Part shown: positions 44,704 to 53,911 of the stretch, piece by piece | Position numbering within the stretch: the stretch's first letter is position 1 | Layout of the letters: each line of letters starts with the position of its first letter | IMG/VR virus record: IMGVR_UViG_3300045988_133024 | Span: 1-64,000 of that record | Source of the DNA: a virus | Length of the DNA: 64,000 nt | Strand: one strand, 5' to 3' | Made by a program: the position numbers and the translations under genes | The notes under the pieces: generated by a model | The model's database searches: none | Seen by the model: the letters and a program-made list of their open reading frames with translations, nothing else | Told to the model about the DNA's origin: nothing

Positions 44704-45186
44704 ATGACAATCCTGGTCGACACAAGGGAGCAAAAGGCTGATCATATCATAGGTTACTTCGATAGAAAAAGCGTAAATCATAAAAAGAAAGCATTGAATT
44801 ATGGAGACTACAGTTTCCTGATTCCTGCAAATGAGAAGCTTGGTATTCAGAGAGATATGTATTTTGACAGCAAAGTATGTGTTGAGCGCAAAGGAAGTCT
44901 TGAAGAAATCAGTGGCAATTTATCAAAAGATCGTGCCAGATTTGAAAAAGAGTTAAGTCTTGCACCAGAGACAAAAGTTATTCTGCTTGAAAACGCCAAT
45001 TACTCAGATATTGCAGATGGCAATTACAACACACAGTATAACAAGAAATCATTCATTGGATCATTGCACAGCTTTTGGTTTAAATACAATGTGCCGATAT
45101 TCTTCATGCCAGATAATAAATATTCTGGGCTGTTTATTCGATTGTATTTTGAATATTACTTTAAAAATTATTTAAAAGGGAAATGA
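44704..45186 (+). CDS. ERCC4/XPF-type nuclease domain protein
   Basis: 'ILVDTREQ', 'NYGDYSF' and 'VERKGSLEEISGNL' match the ERCC4 signature V-D-x-RE / GD(Y/F) / ERK. Confidence 0.4.
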   Translation: MTILVDTREQKADHIIGYFDRKSVNHKKKALNYGDYSFLIPANEKLGIQRDMYFDSKVCVERKGSLEEISGNLSKDRARFEKELSLAPETKVILLENANYSDIADGNYNTQYNKKSFIGSLHSFWFKYNVPIFFMPDNKYSGLFIRLYFEYYFKNYLKGK

Positions 45187-45201
45187 GGTGCTGCCTAAAT
45201 A

Positions 45202-45642
45202 ATGGAGAGTCAGACATACGAAAAGGTATGCGAGTTTGAAATGATTCCTACATATCAGATATTTTATAATGAAGAATCAATGTTTGGTATCTATGCGTTT
45301 TGTACAAAAGACCAGATACCACAATTCAGTCCATACAATGATAATAAATTTGATGACTCAGGAGATAAAGAATATGTTGCAAGTAAACTTGTTGGAGAAG
45401 TTCAACAGTTATATATTGGGACAAAGTATAATGTAAAAGCGACATGTATTTATTCTCAAAAATATCACGAATATCAATATAAGCCGATTTCGGTTGTTGC
45501 AGATGTTCCAAAAACACAGACCGATCAGCTAATGTTTTTAAAAACACAAGCGAAAGAATCAATTGCTGAAAGCTTGCTGAATATCCAAATATTATTGAGG
45601 ATGTTATGGCAGGCAAATGTAAGACGATTGACACATCTATGA
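45202..45642 (+). CDS. hypothetical protein
   Basis: 146-aa ORF. RBS 'aaatgaggtg'. Confidence 0.5.
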   Translation: MESQTYEKVCEFEMIPTYQIFYNEESMFGIYAFCTKDQIPQFSPYNDNKFDDSGDKEYVASKLVGEVQQLYIGTKYNVKATCIYSQKYHEYQYKPISVVADVPKTQTDQLMFLKTQAKESIAESLLNIQILLRMLWQANVRRLTHL

Positions 45643-47450
45643 TTAAAGGACTTGGCAACAAGACATGGGCGAAGCTCAGAGAGAAGATCATTAATAATTA
45701 TGTGATTTCTGAGGTTGTAGTTATGCTACAGCCTCATGGGATTACTTTTAATATGATTAAGAAATTGGTAGAAGCTGAGCCAGATCCAGAAAAGTTAAAG
45801 TATAAAATCAACACAAATCCTTACATTTTAACTAAGATCAGAGGTCTTGGATTTAAGAAAGTTGATGATATTGCTTTAAAGATCCGTCCAGAATTGAGAG
45901 ATTCCAAGTATCGACTTGATTATTTTATGACGTATTATTTAACGAATCTTGGCGAGAGTGCCGGGCATACATATATGGCGATTGCCACGTTGCGATCAGA
46001 AGTTAGTGCAACGGTTGGGGAATGTCTACATATATTTGACGATTATGTTGAAAATGATTTTCCTCCAGACATCTATGTTAGTGGCGAGCTAATTGGTTTG
46101 AAAAAGTACCATGATACAGAAATGAATATACTGGCATTGTTGCAAGAACGCAGAGATACTAATTCTACCAAGAAGAAAGAGATAATCACTGTAAACGAAA
46201 TTGGACAAGTTATTGCTGAAGTTGAAAAAGAAGAAGGTTTTACGTTCAGCGAAGAGCAAAACAAAGGCATCTACACTGCATTACAGACAAATGTTGTTTT
46301 AATTAGTGGTGAGGCTGGAACTGGTAAAACTACCTTATTAAAACCAATTATCAGATGTTATAAGAAACGAAATTATAGCATTGCTGCATGTGCGTTATCT
46401 GCTAAGGCGGCACAGAGAATCCAAGAAGCAACAGGATTAGAAGCGAGAACTATTCATCGATTACTTGAAGCACAAGGCGTAGACTCGTTTATGCACGATG
46501 CTAACAATCCGTTACCAATTGATGTAGTTCTGTTAGACGAAGCAAGTATGGTTAATGCAGGGTTGTTCTATCAATTACTTTTGGCAATTCGTCCAGGTAC
46601 AAAGATTATTATTAGCGGAGATCATATGCAGTTACCACCAATTGGATATGGTAACATTTTCTCTGATCTACTCAAAATGGATGAGTTAGATTCAGTGCAA
46701 TTAACGAAGCCAATGAGACAAGCAGAGAAGTCTGGTATTCTTAGTGATGCTAGAAAAGTGCGTAGAGCAATTTCTCCAATTGAGGATTTTAGTGCTAAAC
46801 AAGTTCATGGAGAGCTACATGATATGTTTTACATTTTCAGAAATAATCGTGAGAATATTTTTAATTTGGTTGTAAAGCAGTTCATGACGTGTGTTAAACA
46901 AGACGGTATGGATAATGTGGTTGTAATCTCTCCTCGTAAGTCAAGTTGCATAAACTCTACAGAAGAACTTAATGTAGCAATTCAGAAAGAATTGTATAAA
47001 AATAAATCCAATGCAAGGTTCGTTACATATGGCAAAACAAAGAAGTTTTATGTGGGAGATAAAGTGCTTCAAACCAGTAATGACTATGAAAGAAACACAT
47101 TTAATGGAGATGTTGGATACATTACTGGCATTGATTATGATAAGAAAGTTGTTCATGCCATGATGAATCCAGGCATGGATAAGAAGATGATTGAATATTC
47201 TTTTGCTCAGTTAGGACAACTTCAATTGGCATATGCATTAACAACGCATAAGCTTCAAGGATCGGCAGCACAGACTGTGATCGGTATTATTGATAATACA
47301 CATTACAAATTGCTTGATAACTGTATGTTATATACGATGTTAACACGAGCTAAGAAAAGATTTGCGCTCCTTGCAGAGCCAGAAGCGTTCAAAAGATGTA
47401 TTGTGACAAATCATAATAAGCGACGTACATGGCTAAGTCTACAATCATAA
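45606..47450 (+). CDS. RecD-like SF1 helicase (an alternative in-frame start at 45639 would avoid the overlap)
   Basis: Walker A 'SGEAGTGKTT'. Walker B 'VVLLDEASMV'. Motif VI 'LTTHKLQGSAAQTVI'. Confidence 0.7.
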   Translation: MAGKCKTIDTSMIKGLGNKTWAKLREKIINNYVISEVVVMLQPHGITFNMIKKLVEAEPDPEKLKYKINTNPYILTKIRGLGFKKVDDIALKIRPELRDSKYRLDYFMTYYLTNLGESAGHTYMAIATLRSEVSATVGECLHIFDDYVENDFPPDIYVSGELIGLKKYHDTEMNILALLQERRDTNSTKKKEIITVNEIGQVIAEVEKEEGFTFSEEQNKGIYTALQTNVVLISGEAGTGKTTLLKPIIRCYKKRNYSIAACALSAKAAQRIQEATGLEARTIHRLLEAQGVDSFMHDANNPLPIDVVLLDEASMVNAGLFYQLLLAIRPGTKIIISGDHMQLPPIGYGNIFSDLLKMDELDSVQLTKPMRQAEKSGILSDARKVRRAISPIEDFSAKQVHGELHDMFYIFRNNRENIFNLVVKQFMTCVKQDGMDNVVVISPRKSSCINSTEELNVAIQKELYKNKSNARFVTYGKTKKFYVGDKVLQTSNDYERNTFNGDVGYITGIDYDKKVVHAMMNPGMDKKMIEYSFAQLGQLQLAYALTTHKLQGSAAQTVIGIIDNTHYKLLDNCMLYTMLTRAKKRFALLAEPEAFKRCIVTNHNKRRTWLSLQS

Positions 47451-47467
47451 AATATCTTTAAATGCTA

Positions 47468-47496
47468 TTGACAAGCACATAAAGATATGATAAGAT
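47468..47496 (+). promoter_or_regulatory. sigma-70-like promoter: -35 ttgaca (47468-73), 17-nt spacer, -10 taagat (47491-96), inside the conserved 30-bp block
   Basis: The block 'atctttaaatgctattgacaagcacataaag' matches the one at 2955..2985 at 28 of 30 positions. Confidence 0.5.
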
Positions 47497-47526
47497 AAGG
47501 ACATGTTGAGGAAAGGAGATGTGAAA

Positions 47527-48165
47527 ATGAGAAAAAGATTTTTAATGAAAGTTATTTCGTTTAGTTTTTTAGCAATGTGTTCGGGGTTTATGACTCACAC
47601 AGTAAAAGCAGAGAAGCGACCCTCTATAGAGGCTTCAACACTATCAACAGAGACAACTGCTGGAGAAAATAAGCAAGACAATGTGATTTCAAATAATCCA
47701 ATCAGTCAAAGCGTTGAATTAAAAGACGTTCATGAGCATTATCAGAAATGTAAGAAAGCTGATGAAGAGAAAGCAAGACAGATTCGATTAGAAAAACTTC
47801 GAAAGAAACGATTGCGAATTAAACGACAACGGCTGAAGCGAAAGCAAGAACTAGAAAAGAGTTCGCTTGGAACATTTTTGATCACGGCATATTGTCCATG
47901 TTATGAGTGTTCAGAAGGATATGGATCTAAGATTGCTTGGAATCACGCAGGGCATAAATTTGCTCGACCATATCATACGATTGCGGTTGATAAAAACATT
48001 ATCCCTTATGGAACAAGAGTTAAGATTGAGGGATACGGTGATACAATCTTTGTGGCAGAAGATTGTGGAGGCAAAGTAGAAGGAATGCATGTAGACGTGT
48101 TTAAATCAACACATTCCGAAACAGTAAATGTGCAACAGCACAGAAAAGTATATGTAGTGAAGTAA
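47527..48165 (+). CDS. secreted 3D-domain protein (MltA-like / cell-wall-active)
   Basis: Start trimmed to the second ATG (RBS 'aaaggag'), giving the signal peptide MRKRFLMKVISFSFLAMCSG. 3D-domain core 'ITAYCPCYECSEGYGSKIAWNHAG...VAEDCGGKVEGMHVDVF'. Confidence 0.55.
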   Translation: MRKRFLMKVISFSFLAMCSGFMTHTVKAEKRPSIEASTLSTETTAGENKQDNVISNNPISQSVELKDVHEHYQKCKKADEEKARQIRLEKLRKKRLRIKRQRLKRKQELEKSSLGTFLITAYCPCYECSEGYGSKIAWNHAGHKFARPYHTIAVDKNIIPYGTRVKIEGYGDTIFVAEDCGGKVEGMHVDVFKSTHSETVNVQQHRKVYVVK

Positions 48166-48249
48166 TTGGCAGTTACTGAAAGACATAGAAACACAAATTA
48201 AAATAATCAACTAAACAATATAAACAAGAAAAGGAAAATCCAAAAAAAT

Positions 48250-50241
48250 ATGAAAACTGAATATGTGAAAGAAATGAATGTCTTGATCGACAGAATCAAT
48301 GATGCTTCATATGCGTACTACGCAGAGGATAATCCAATCATTTCAGATAAAGAATTTGACGATTTATGCGCTGCTTTAGAACGACTTGAGAGAGATTCTG
48401 GCGTTGTTTTGAATAATTCGCCCATCCACCACGTTCAAGGATTTGTAATTGATTCTCTGGCTAAAGTAAAGCATACACGCCCAATGTTATCGGCTCAGAA
48501 GACAAAGGATGTCAATGAGGTCAAAAAATTTCTTGCGGATAAAATTGGTGTTTTATCGTGGAAACTTGACGGATTGACGGTGGTACTAAGGTACGAAAAA
48601 GGACGCTTAAAACAAGCAATTACAAGGGGAAATGGAGAAATTGGAGAAGATGTGACTCATACAGCACGTATGATTTTCAATTTACCTCTTGAGATTCCTG
48701 ACAAGCGTAGTATTGAGGTACGTGGCGAATCAGTTATCAGTTATGAAAACTTCCAGAAAATCAATGAAGCATTGCATGGTAAATACAAGAACGCAAGAAA
48801 TCTGGCAGCAGGCACAATTAGACAGTTAGATGCGAATGTAGCAAAGGAAAGAAAGCTTGCCTATAAAGCATTTGAACTTGTTAAGATTGATGGTGTATCT
48901 GATAAAGAAATGCCAAGTATTGCAGATAGTTTTAAATATCTTGCAGAGCAGGGATTTGACGTTGTAGAACATCAGATTGTTAATCGAGATAATGTCGAAG
49001 AATATATTGAGAAATTTGATCCAGAGACATATGAATATCCTGTTGATGGTCTGATTTTTACTTATAACGATTATCAGTATGGTAAATCTCTTGGAACAAC
49101 GGGACATCATCCATTAAATATGATGGCATTAAAGTGGATCGATGATCTCTACGAAACAACAATCAGAGATATTGAATGGAATACATCTCGCACAGGATTA
49201 ATTAATCCAGTTGCAGTGTTTGATCCAGTTGATCTTGATGGTGCAGAAACTACAAGAGCTACATTACATAACGTAAGTTACATTGAGGGACTAGAACTTG
49301 GTGTAGGTGATACGATTCAAGTTTATCGTAGCAATATGGTAATTCCAAAAGTACACGATAATCTGACAAGAAGCAATACATTCAAGATTCCAGATACTTG
49401 TCCAACCTGCGGTGGCGCAGCAAAAATCATCAACGAAAATGGTAGTAAAGTCTTAAAATGCATGAATCCTGACTGCAAGGCAAAGCTATTAAGCAAGTTT
49501 GTGAACTTTGTTTCTAGAGATGCAATGAATATTCAAGGTTTATCTGAAGCAACACTGAAAAGATTTATTGATCTTGGATGGCTGAAAGATTATACAGATA
49601 TTTATAATTTAGCAGAGCATCAATCTGAGATGAAGAACCTTGATGGGTTTGGTGCAAAAAGTGTTTCTTCCTTATTAAATAGTATCGAGGAAAGTCGTAG
49701 ATGTAAACTGGTTAATTTCGTAACAGCACTTGGCATTGAACTTGTCGGGAAGTCAACAGCAAAGGATATTTGCAAACTTATTGATAAGATTTCCCTATCA
49801 AATAATGAAAATCCATACAATGTGTTTATCGAAAGAATCAAACAGAGGAAATATTTTGGTCATATTGATGGCATCGGTATTACAACTTCATTATCAATGG
49901 ATGCTTATTTCAAAGACAATCTTGAAATGGTTGAGAAATTAGCAGAAGAACTTGAATTTGAAATACCAGAAAGTAAGAAAGAATCTGCTGTTGATCTTAC
50001 AGGAATGACTTTTGTTGTAACTGGTAAGGTAAATAAGTTTGCCAATCGTAATGCGATCAAAGATGAAATTGAGTCCAGAGGTGGTAAGGTTGCAGGATCT
50101 GTATCAAAGAATACGAATTATCTTGTGAACAATGATGTGAATTCTACAAGCAGTAAGAATAAAAAGGCACAGCAGTTAGGCATTCCGATCATTGATGAAG
50201 ATGGGCTGATCAAGATTCTAAAAGGTGATATGAATGAATAA
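48250..50241 (+). CDS. ligA: NAD+-dependent DNA ligase
   Basis: Adenylation motif 'WKLDGLTV' (KxDG). Zinc-finger Cys cluster. C-terminal BRCT-like 'TFVVTGKVNKFANRNAIKDEIESRGGKV'. Confidence 0.8.
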   Translation: MKTEYVKEMNVLIDRINDASYAYYAEDNPIISDKEFDDLCAALERLERDSGVVLNNSPIHHVQGFVIDSLAKVKHTRPMLSAQKTKDVNEVKKFLADKIGVLSWKLDGLTVVLRYEKGRLKQAITRGNGEIGEDVTHTARMIFNLPLEIPDKRSIEVRGESVISYENFQKINEALHGKYKNARNLAAGTIRQLDANVAKERKLAYKAFELVKIDGVSDKEMPSIADSFKYLAEQGFDVVEHQIVNRDNVEEYIEKFDPETYEYPVDGLIFTYNDYQYGKSLGTTGHHPLNMMALKWIDDLYETTIRDIEWNTSRTGLINPVAVFDPVDLDGAETTRATLHNVSYIEGLELGVGDTIQVYRSNMVIPKVHDNLTRSNTFKIPDTCPTCGGAAKIINENGSKVLKCMNPDCKAKLLSKFVNFVSRDAMNIQGLSEATLKRFIDLGWLKDYTDIYNLAEHQSEMKNLDGFGAKSVSSLLNSIEESRRCKLVNFVTALGIELVGKSTAKDICKLIDKISLSNNENPYNVFIERIKQRKYFGHIDGIGITTSLSMDAYFKDNLEMVEKLAEELEFEIPESKKESAVDLTGMTFVVTGKVNKFANRNAIKDEIESRGGKVAGSVSKNTNYLVNNDVNSTSSKNKKAQQLGIPIIDEDGLIKILKGDMNE

Positions 50242-50575
50242 ATTAACTATTTACGAATGTTTTGTTAGACTGGGAATCCCAGAAAGCAAAATCGAAAGGT
50301 TTGTTGTAAAAGACAATTATGTAGAATATCGCATCTGGGAACCGTGTTCAATCAGCTATAACGGAGAAACATACAAATACGGTAGACGTTGTAAAGTAAA
50401 ATATCTCACTACACCAGATGAGTTAGATTTAGTTTTTGACGAAAGATACTTCATTAAAGATCAAGATGCAGAGTTTTGGACAGAAGATTATGAATTTTAC
50501 AAACAACAGACAGGTGTAGAACCTTCAGAAATTGATTGGTCAAAGCAGAAAGAGATTAAACACCCTAAGATTTAA
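50234..50575 (+). CDS. hypothetical protein
   Basis: 113-aa ORF with overlapping start. Confidence 0.5.
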   Translation: MNKLTIYECFVRLGIPESKIERFVVKDNYVEYRIWEPCSISYNGETYKYGRRCKVKYLTTPDELDLVFDERYFIKDQDAEFWTEDYEFYKQQTGVEPSEIDWSKQKEIKHPKI

Positions 50576-50593
50576 AAGGAGAGAATTGAATAT

Positions 50594-51001
50594 ATGAAAT
50601 TAAACATTAAAAAACGAATGGCAATTATTGCTGCAATTGGATGTCTTAGTATTGGTGGTATTGTGACAGGATGCACTGAAGCCGATAAGGTATCAACTAA
50701 TGTATCCAAAGAAGCAGACAATTTTAATGTCTTAAGACGATTTGCTGTAATTAATACACGAACAGATAAAGTTGAGTTTGAAATTGTCGGGGCATTTTCT
50801 TTAGAAGATGAAGGCAGTAAGAAAGTAAAACTTATTGTCGAAACAGCAGATGGCTCATATAAGAAACATATTGTCCACATGAACCGAGATAGCATGTATG
50901 TAATCGAAGATTTAGGTGGGGCTAAAGTTAACAAATATAAATATGAAGTTAACTATATTCCAGAATCAATTGTTCCATTTAAAGTTACAGAGAGTAAATA
51001 A
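50594..51001 (+). CDS. putative lipoprotein
   Basis: Signal peptide with lipobox 'IVTGC'. Confidence 0.5.
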   Translation: MKLNIKKRMAIIAAIGCLSIGGIVTGCTEADKVSTNVSKEADNFNVLRRFAVINTRTDKVEFEIVGAFSLEDEGSKKVKLIVETADGSYKKHIVHMNRDSMYVIEDLGGAKVNKYKYEVNYIPESIVPFKVTESK

Positions 51002-51012
51002 GGTGCCGTGGC

Positions 51013-51258
51013 ATGATAGGTAAACTTATTGACGTTACAAATTTCAATCGGCAGCAGGCAATTAAGTTTATGGCAATAAAATGCACAGAATGTGATATTT
51101 ACGGTAAGTGTACTAGAGAAGATAAGAAAATATGTAGTAATAAAACAAATTATCTTTTAGAAAAAATTAGAAGAGAAGAAGAACAGAGGAAGTCAAAAGA
51201 TATTGCGACTGTAAACCACAAAGGAACTTATGTAAAATACACATACCAAAAAGAGTAA
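51013..51258 (+). CDS. hypothetical protein
   Basis: 81-aa ORF. Confidence 0.45.
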   Translation: MIGKLIDVTNFNRQQAIKFMAIKCTECDIYGKCTREDKKICSNKTNYLLEKIRREEEQRKSKDIATVNHKGTYVKYTYQKE

Positions 51259-51267
51259 AGGAGAAAA

Positions 51268-51555
51268 TTGAATATGATTATTACAGGAATGGATCACTTT
51301 CAGAGTGTATGTAAAAGAAAATTAGTAGATTGGTATAACAAACATTGTGAAGAAAATCATTTGGCAATGAAAATTGATCTCAGTAACGTGTTTGTCGTTT
51401 GGAGCTGTAAGACTTTGCAGAACTATAAATGCTTGGCATCTACGACAGTAAGCGGTGATGGTATCTATGCAGAGTATACATACAACGGAGACAAACAGGA
51501 ATTATATGAAGATGTGTATAAGAAACTGACAAATACATGTCATACGGAAGAGTAA
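51268..51555 (+). CDS. hypothetical protein
   Basis: 95-aa ORF. RBS 'aaaggagaa'. Confidence 0.5.
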   Translation: MNMIITGMDHFQSVCKRKLVDWYNKHCEENHLAMKIDLSNVFVVWSCKTLQNYKCLASTTVSGDGIYAEYTYNGDKQELYEDVYKKLTNTCHTEE

Positions 51556-51568
51556 AGGAGAATTTATT

Positions 51569-51832
51569 ATGGATTTTGGAACAGCAATTGATGCAATGAA
51601 AGATAACAGAAAAGTAGCAAGAAAAGGTTGGAATGGGAAAGGTATGTTTTTATATTATGTTCCAGCAGGAGCTTATGCGCCATGCACAGATATTGCTAAA
51701 AGCATTGTAAACAAAGACGGATTAGTCGAATATGGTGCTTATATTGCAATGAAAACAGCACAGGGGAACGTAGTTCCTTGGCTCGCAAGTCAGACAGATA
51801 TGTTGGCTGAAGACTGGATGATCGTTGAATAG
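51569..51832 (+). CDS. DUF2829-like protein; candidate Thoeris anti-defense Tad2-type nucleotide sponge
   Basis: N-terminal 'FGTAIDAMKDNRKVARKGWNGKGMFLYYV' matches the DUF2829 hallmark (A-L/M-K-x-G-K-x-V-x-R-x-G-W-N-G-K). The 87-aa size fits Tad2. Confidence 0.5.
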   Translation: MDFGTAIDAMKDNRKVARKGWNGKGMFLYYVPAGAYAPCTDIAKSIVNKDGLVEYGAYIAMKTAQGNVVPWLASQTDMLAEDWMIVE

Positions 51833-51869
51833 ATAAAATTAATCTTTGATGAAATACGTTAGGTGAATT

Positions 51870-52232
51870 ATGAAACATGAAGTAAATATGCAGGCATGGC
51901 AATTTTATTCTAATCGTCAAGAAGAGATTATTCCATGCGAATATAATCCGACAATAGTGGAATTACATGTGATGATCGAGGTCAGAGGGCAAATGCCAGA
52001 CTGGTTGTCTGAAGAGTCTCCTTACTTTTATTATAAAGCGAAACAGAAGACATATTATTCTTCTCATAAAGACCAGAATTTAAGTGAATTTTATAATGTT
52101 TTCGTAAGTATTGGACAACAGTTTCACATGTTATTAGAAGAAGGTGATTATATTATTCGTTGTAAAAATGGAAGATTTATGACAATGAAAAAAGATGATT
52201 TTGAGTCATTATTCGATACAGAAGGTAGGTGA
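51870..52232 (+). CDS. hypothetical protein
   Basis: 120-aa ORF. Confidence 0.5.
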   Translation: MKHEVNMQAWQFYSNRQEEIIPCEYNPTIVELHVMIEVRGQMPDWLSEESPYFYYKAKQKTYYSSHKDQNLSEFYNVFVSIGQQFHMLLEEGDYIIRCKNGRFMTMKKDDFESLFDTEGR

Positions 52233-52236
52233 TTAA

Positions 52237-53061
52237 ATGGCTTTAATTGGAGCGATTCTAGGAGATATTTGCGGTTCTCAATATGAGTTCCGCAGACCTC
52301 ATAATTTAGATTGGAAGAACTGTGAATTGTTTACAGATAAATGTAAATACACAGATGATACAGTTCTTAGTATTGCAACAGGTATGTGGTTGTTAGATGA
52401 AACCAATAAAGAACCTTGGGAGTTCTACTTAGAATATGGCAAGAAATATCCTGGTATGGGATATGGTGAAATGTTTGAAGACTGGTTGTACGATGATGGA
52501 AATCGTGTTAATGAAAGCTTTGGCAATGGATGTGCCATGAGGATTTCACCTATTACAATGTATTTTAATGGATTTGTTGATCGTCCAGACGTATCGAATT
52601 ATTACATAGATTTAGCACAATGGACATGTGAGAAAACTCATCGTCATGTGGAATCTTACAAAGGTGCATCGATTGTAACAGGCTGTTCTTTGATGGCGCT
52701 ATGGGGTAAATCAAAAGAAGAAATTTATCAATATGCATTAAAAAGTTATCCATCTCACCAGTATACATATGGCATTGATCGACCACTCGATGATTATAGA
52801 AAGAATTATGTTTGGTCAGCAACAGTTCAAGATAGTGTACCTGTGGCAATCAGATGCTTTTTAGAGAGTGAAGATTATGAATCGTTTTTAAGAAACGTAT
52901 TGTCTTTGCCATGTGATACAGACACAATTGCTGCTATTGGCGGTGGCATTGCAGAGGATTTCTATAGAAAAACACTTGATAATTCAAATGATCTTTTAGA
53001 AAGATATCTTCCGAAAGAATTATTAGATGATGTGAGTAAAATCTACAATGAAATGCCATAA
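52237..53061 (+). CDS. ADP-ribosylglycohydrolase (ARH/DraG family)
   Basis: N-terminal 'MALIGAILGDICGSQYEF' matches the ARH signature. 274 aa. Confidence 0.6.
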   Translation: MALIGAILGDICGSQYEFRRPHNLDWKNCELFTDKCKYTDDTVLSIATGMWLLDETNKEPWEFYLEYGKKYPGMGYGEMFEDWLYDDGNRVNESFGNGCAMRISPITMYFNGFVDRPDVSNYYIDLAQWTCEKTHRHVESYKGASIVTGCSLMALWGKSKEEIYQYALKSYPSHQYTYGIDRPLDDYRKNYVWSATVQDSVPVAIRCFLESEDYESFLRNVLSLPCDTDTIAAIGGGIAEDFYRKTLDNSNDLLERYLPKELLDDVSKIYNEMP

Positions 53062-53080
53062 GGTAGGTGATTAAATATCA

Positions 53081-53122
53081 TAAAGAAAATCTTAAAATTT
53101 TTAAAGAAAATCTTAAAATTTT
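53081..53122. repeat. perfect 21-bp tandem duplication (taaagaaaatcttaaaatttt x2)
   Basis: Read directly. Confidence 0.6.
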
Positions 53123-53130
53123 TCTTGTCG

Positions 53131-53301
53131 ATGATCGTACTGACCATCGTCTGGTTTCTTGCAACATTCATATCTGTTGGTGTATTTGCATTTGCGTTTT
53201 GGATGATAACAAATATTGTAATACCAATTGGATTAGTAGTAATTGTAACAATTGTATTAATGGCGATCACCTTCTATGTGGTGACATCGTTCATGGATTG
53301 A
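53131..53301 (+). CDS. possible small two-TM hydrophobic peptide (56 aa); competes with the overlapping track ORF 53067..53309
   Basis: Frame-1 translation is MIVLTIVWFLATFISVGVFAFAFWMITNIVIPIGLVVIVTIVLMAITFYVVTSFMD. No good RBS. The AT-rich template makes such frames easy to produce by chance. Confidence 0.25.
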   Translation: MIVLTIVWFLATFISVGVFAFAFWMITNIVIPIGLVVIVTIVLMAITFYVVTSFMD

Positions 53302-53323
53302 TAGATTAAAAGGAGAATATGTT

Positions 53324-53884
53324 ATGAGAATTAAAAAATTATTAATCGCTGGAGCATTAATGTTAACAGCAGTAGGATGCGTTTCAGCATATACTATTTA
53401 TGCAGATACACTAAATGATAACACTGATAAACAGGTTTCTGCAACAACAGAAGGTAAGTCAACTACAGAAACTACAAAGAACACAACAGAACAGAAAAAT
53501 AATAAGAAAAATGCCGTCAAAGAAGATTCTAAAGATACAACAAATGATGTATCGGCAACAACAGAAGAAGAAAAAAATACTGAAAATTCTACCGCAGACG
53601 ATACAGACGATGCAGATTATACAGAACCAGAATACCCTGATGACGCAGATGAAACTTGTGACCATGTGTGGGCAGAAAAAACAATTGCATATGATGAAGA
53701 AAATGGATATCATTGGACAACTTATTGCGAAAAATGTGGAACTGTTAAAACAGAGCCAGCCACAGAAGAAGAATACGAAGAACTTGATCCTGCAACAAAA
53801 GTAAAAGAAGAAGATATTGAATATGTAGATGATGATTCTGCCGAGGTTGTAGAGAAATCGACAGAAGCAGCAGCTGAAAACTAA
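53324..53884 (+). CDS. secreted/lipoprotein with Thr/Glu-rich low-complexity region and C-terminal Cys cluster
   Basis: Signal peptide 'MRIKKLLIAGALMLTAVGC'. RBS 'aaaggagaa'. Confidence 0.5.
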   Translation: MRIKKLLIAGALMLTAVGCVSAYTIYADTLNDNTDKQVSATTEGKSTTETTKNTTEQKNNKKNAVKEDSKDTTNDVSATTEEEKNTENSTADDTDDADYTEPEYPDDADETCDHVWAEKTIAYDEENGYHWTTYCEKCGTVKTEPATEEEYEELDPATKVKEEDIEYVDDDSAEVVEKSTEAAAEN

Positions 53885-53911
53885 AATATAGCATAAGGAG
53901 AAAATGAGTAT

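Noticed and set aside
53415-53804. 129-aa Lys/Gln-rich ORF overlapping the 53324..53884 gene in another frame (and minus-strand 53459..53713)
   Set aside because: Frame artefact of the ACA/GAA-rich low-complexity region. The frame with the signal peptide and RBS is the credible one.
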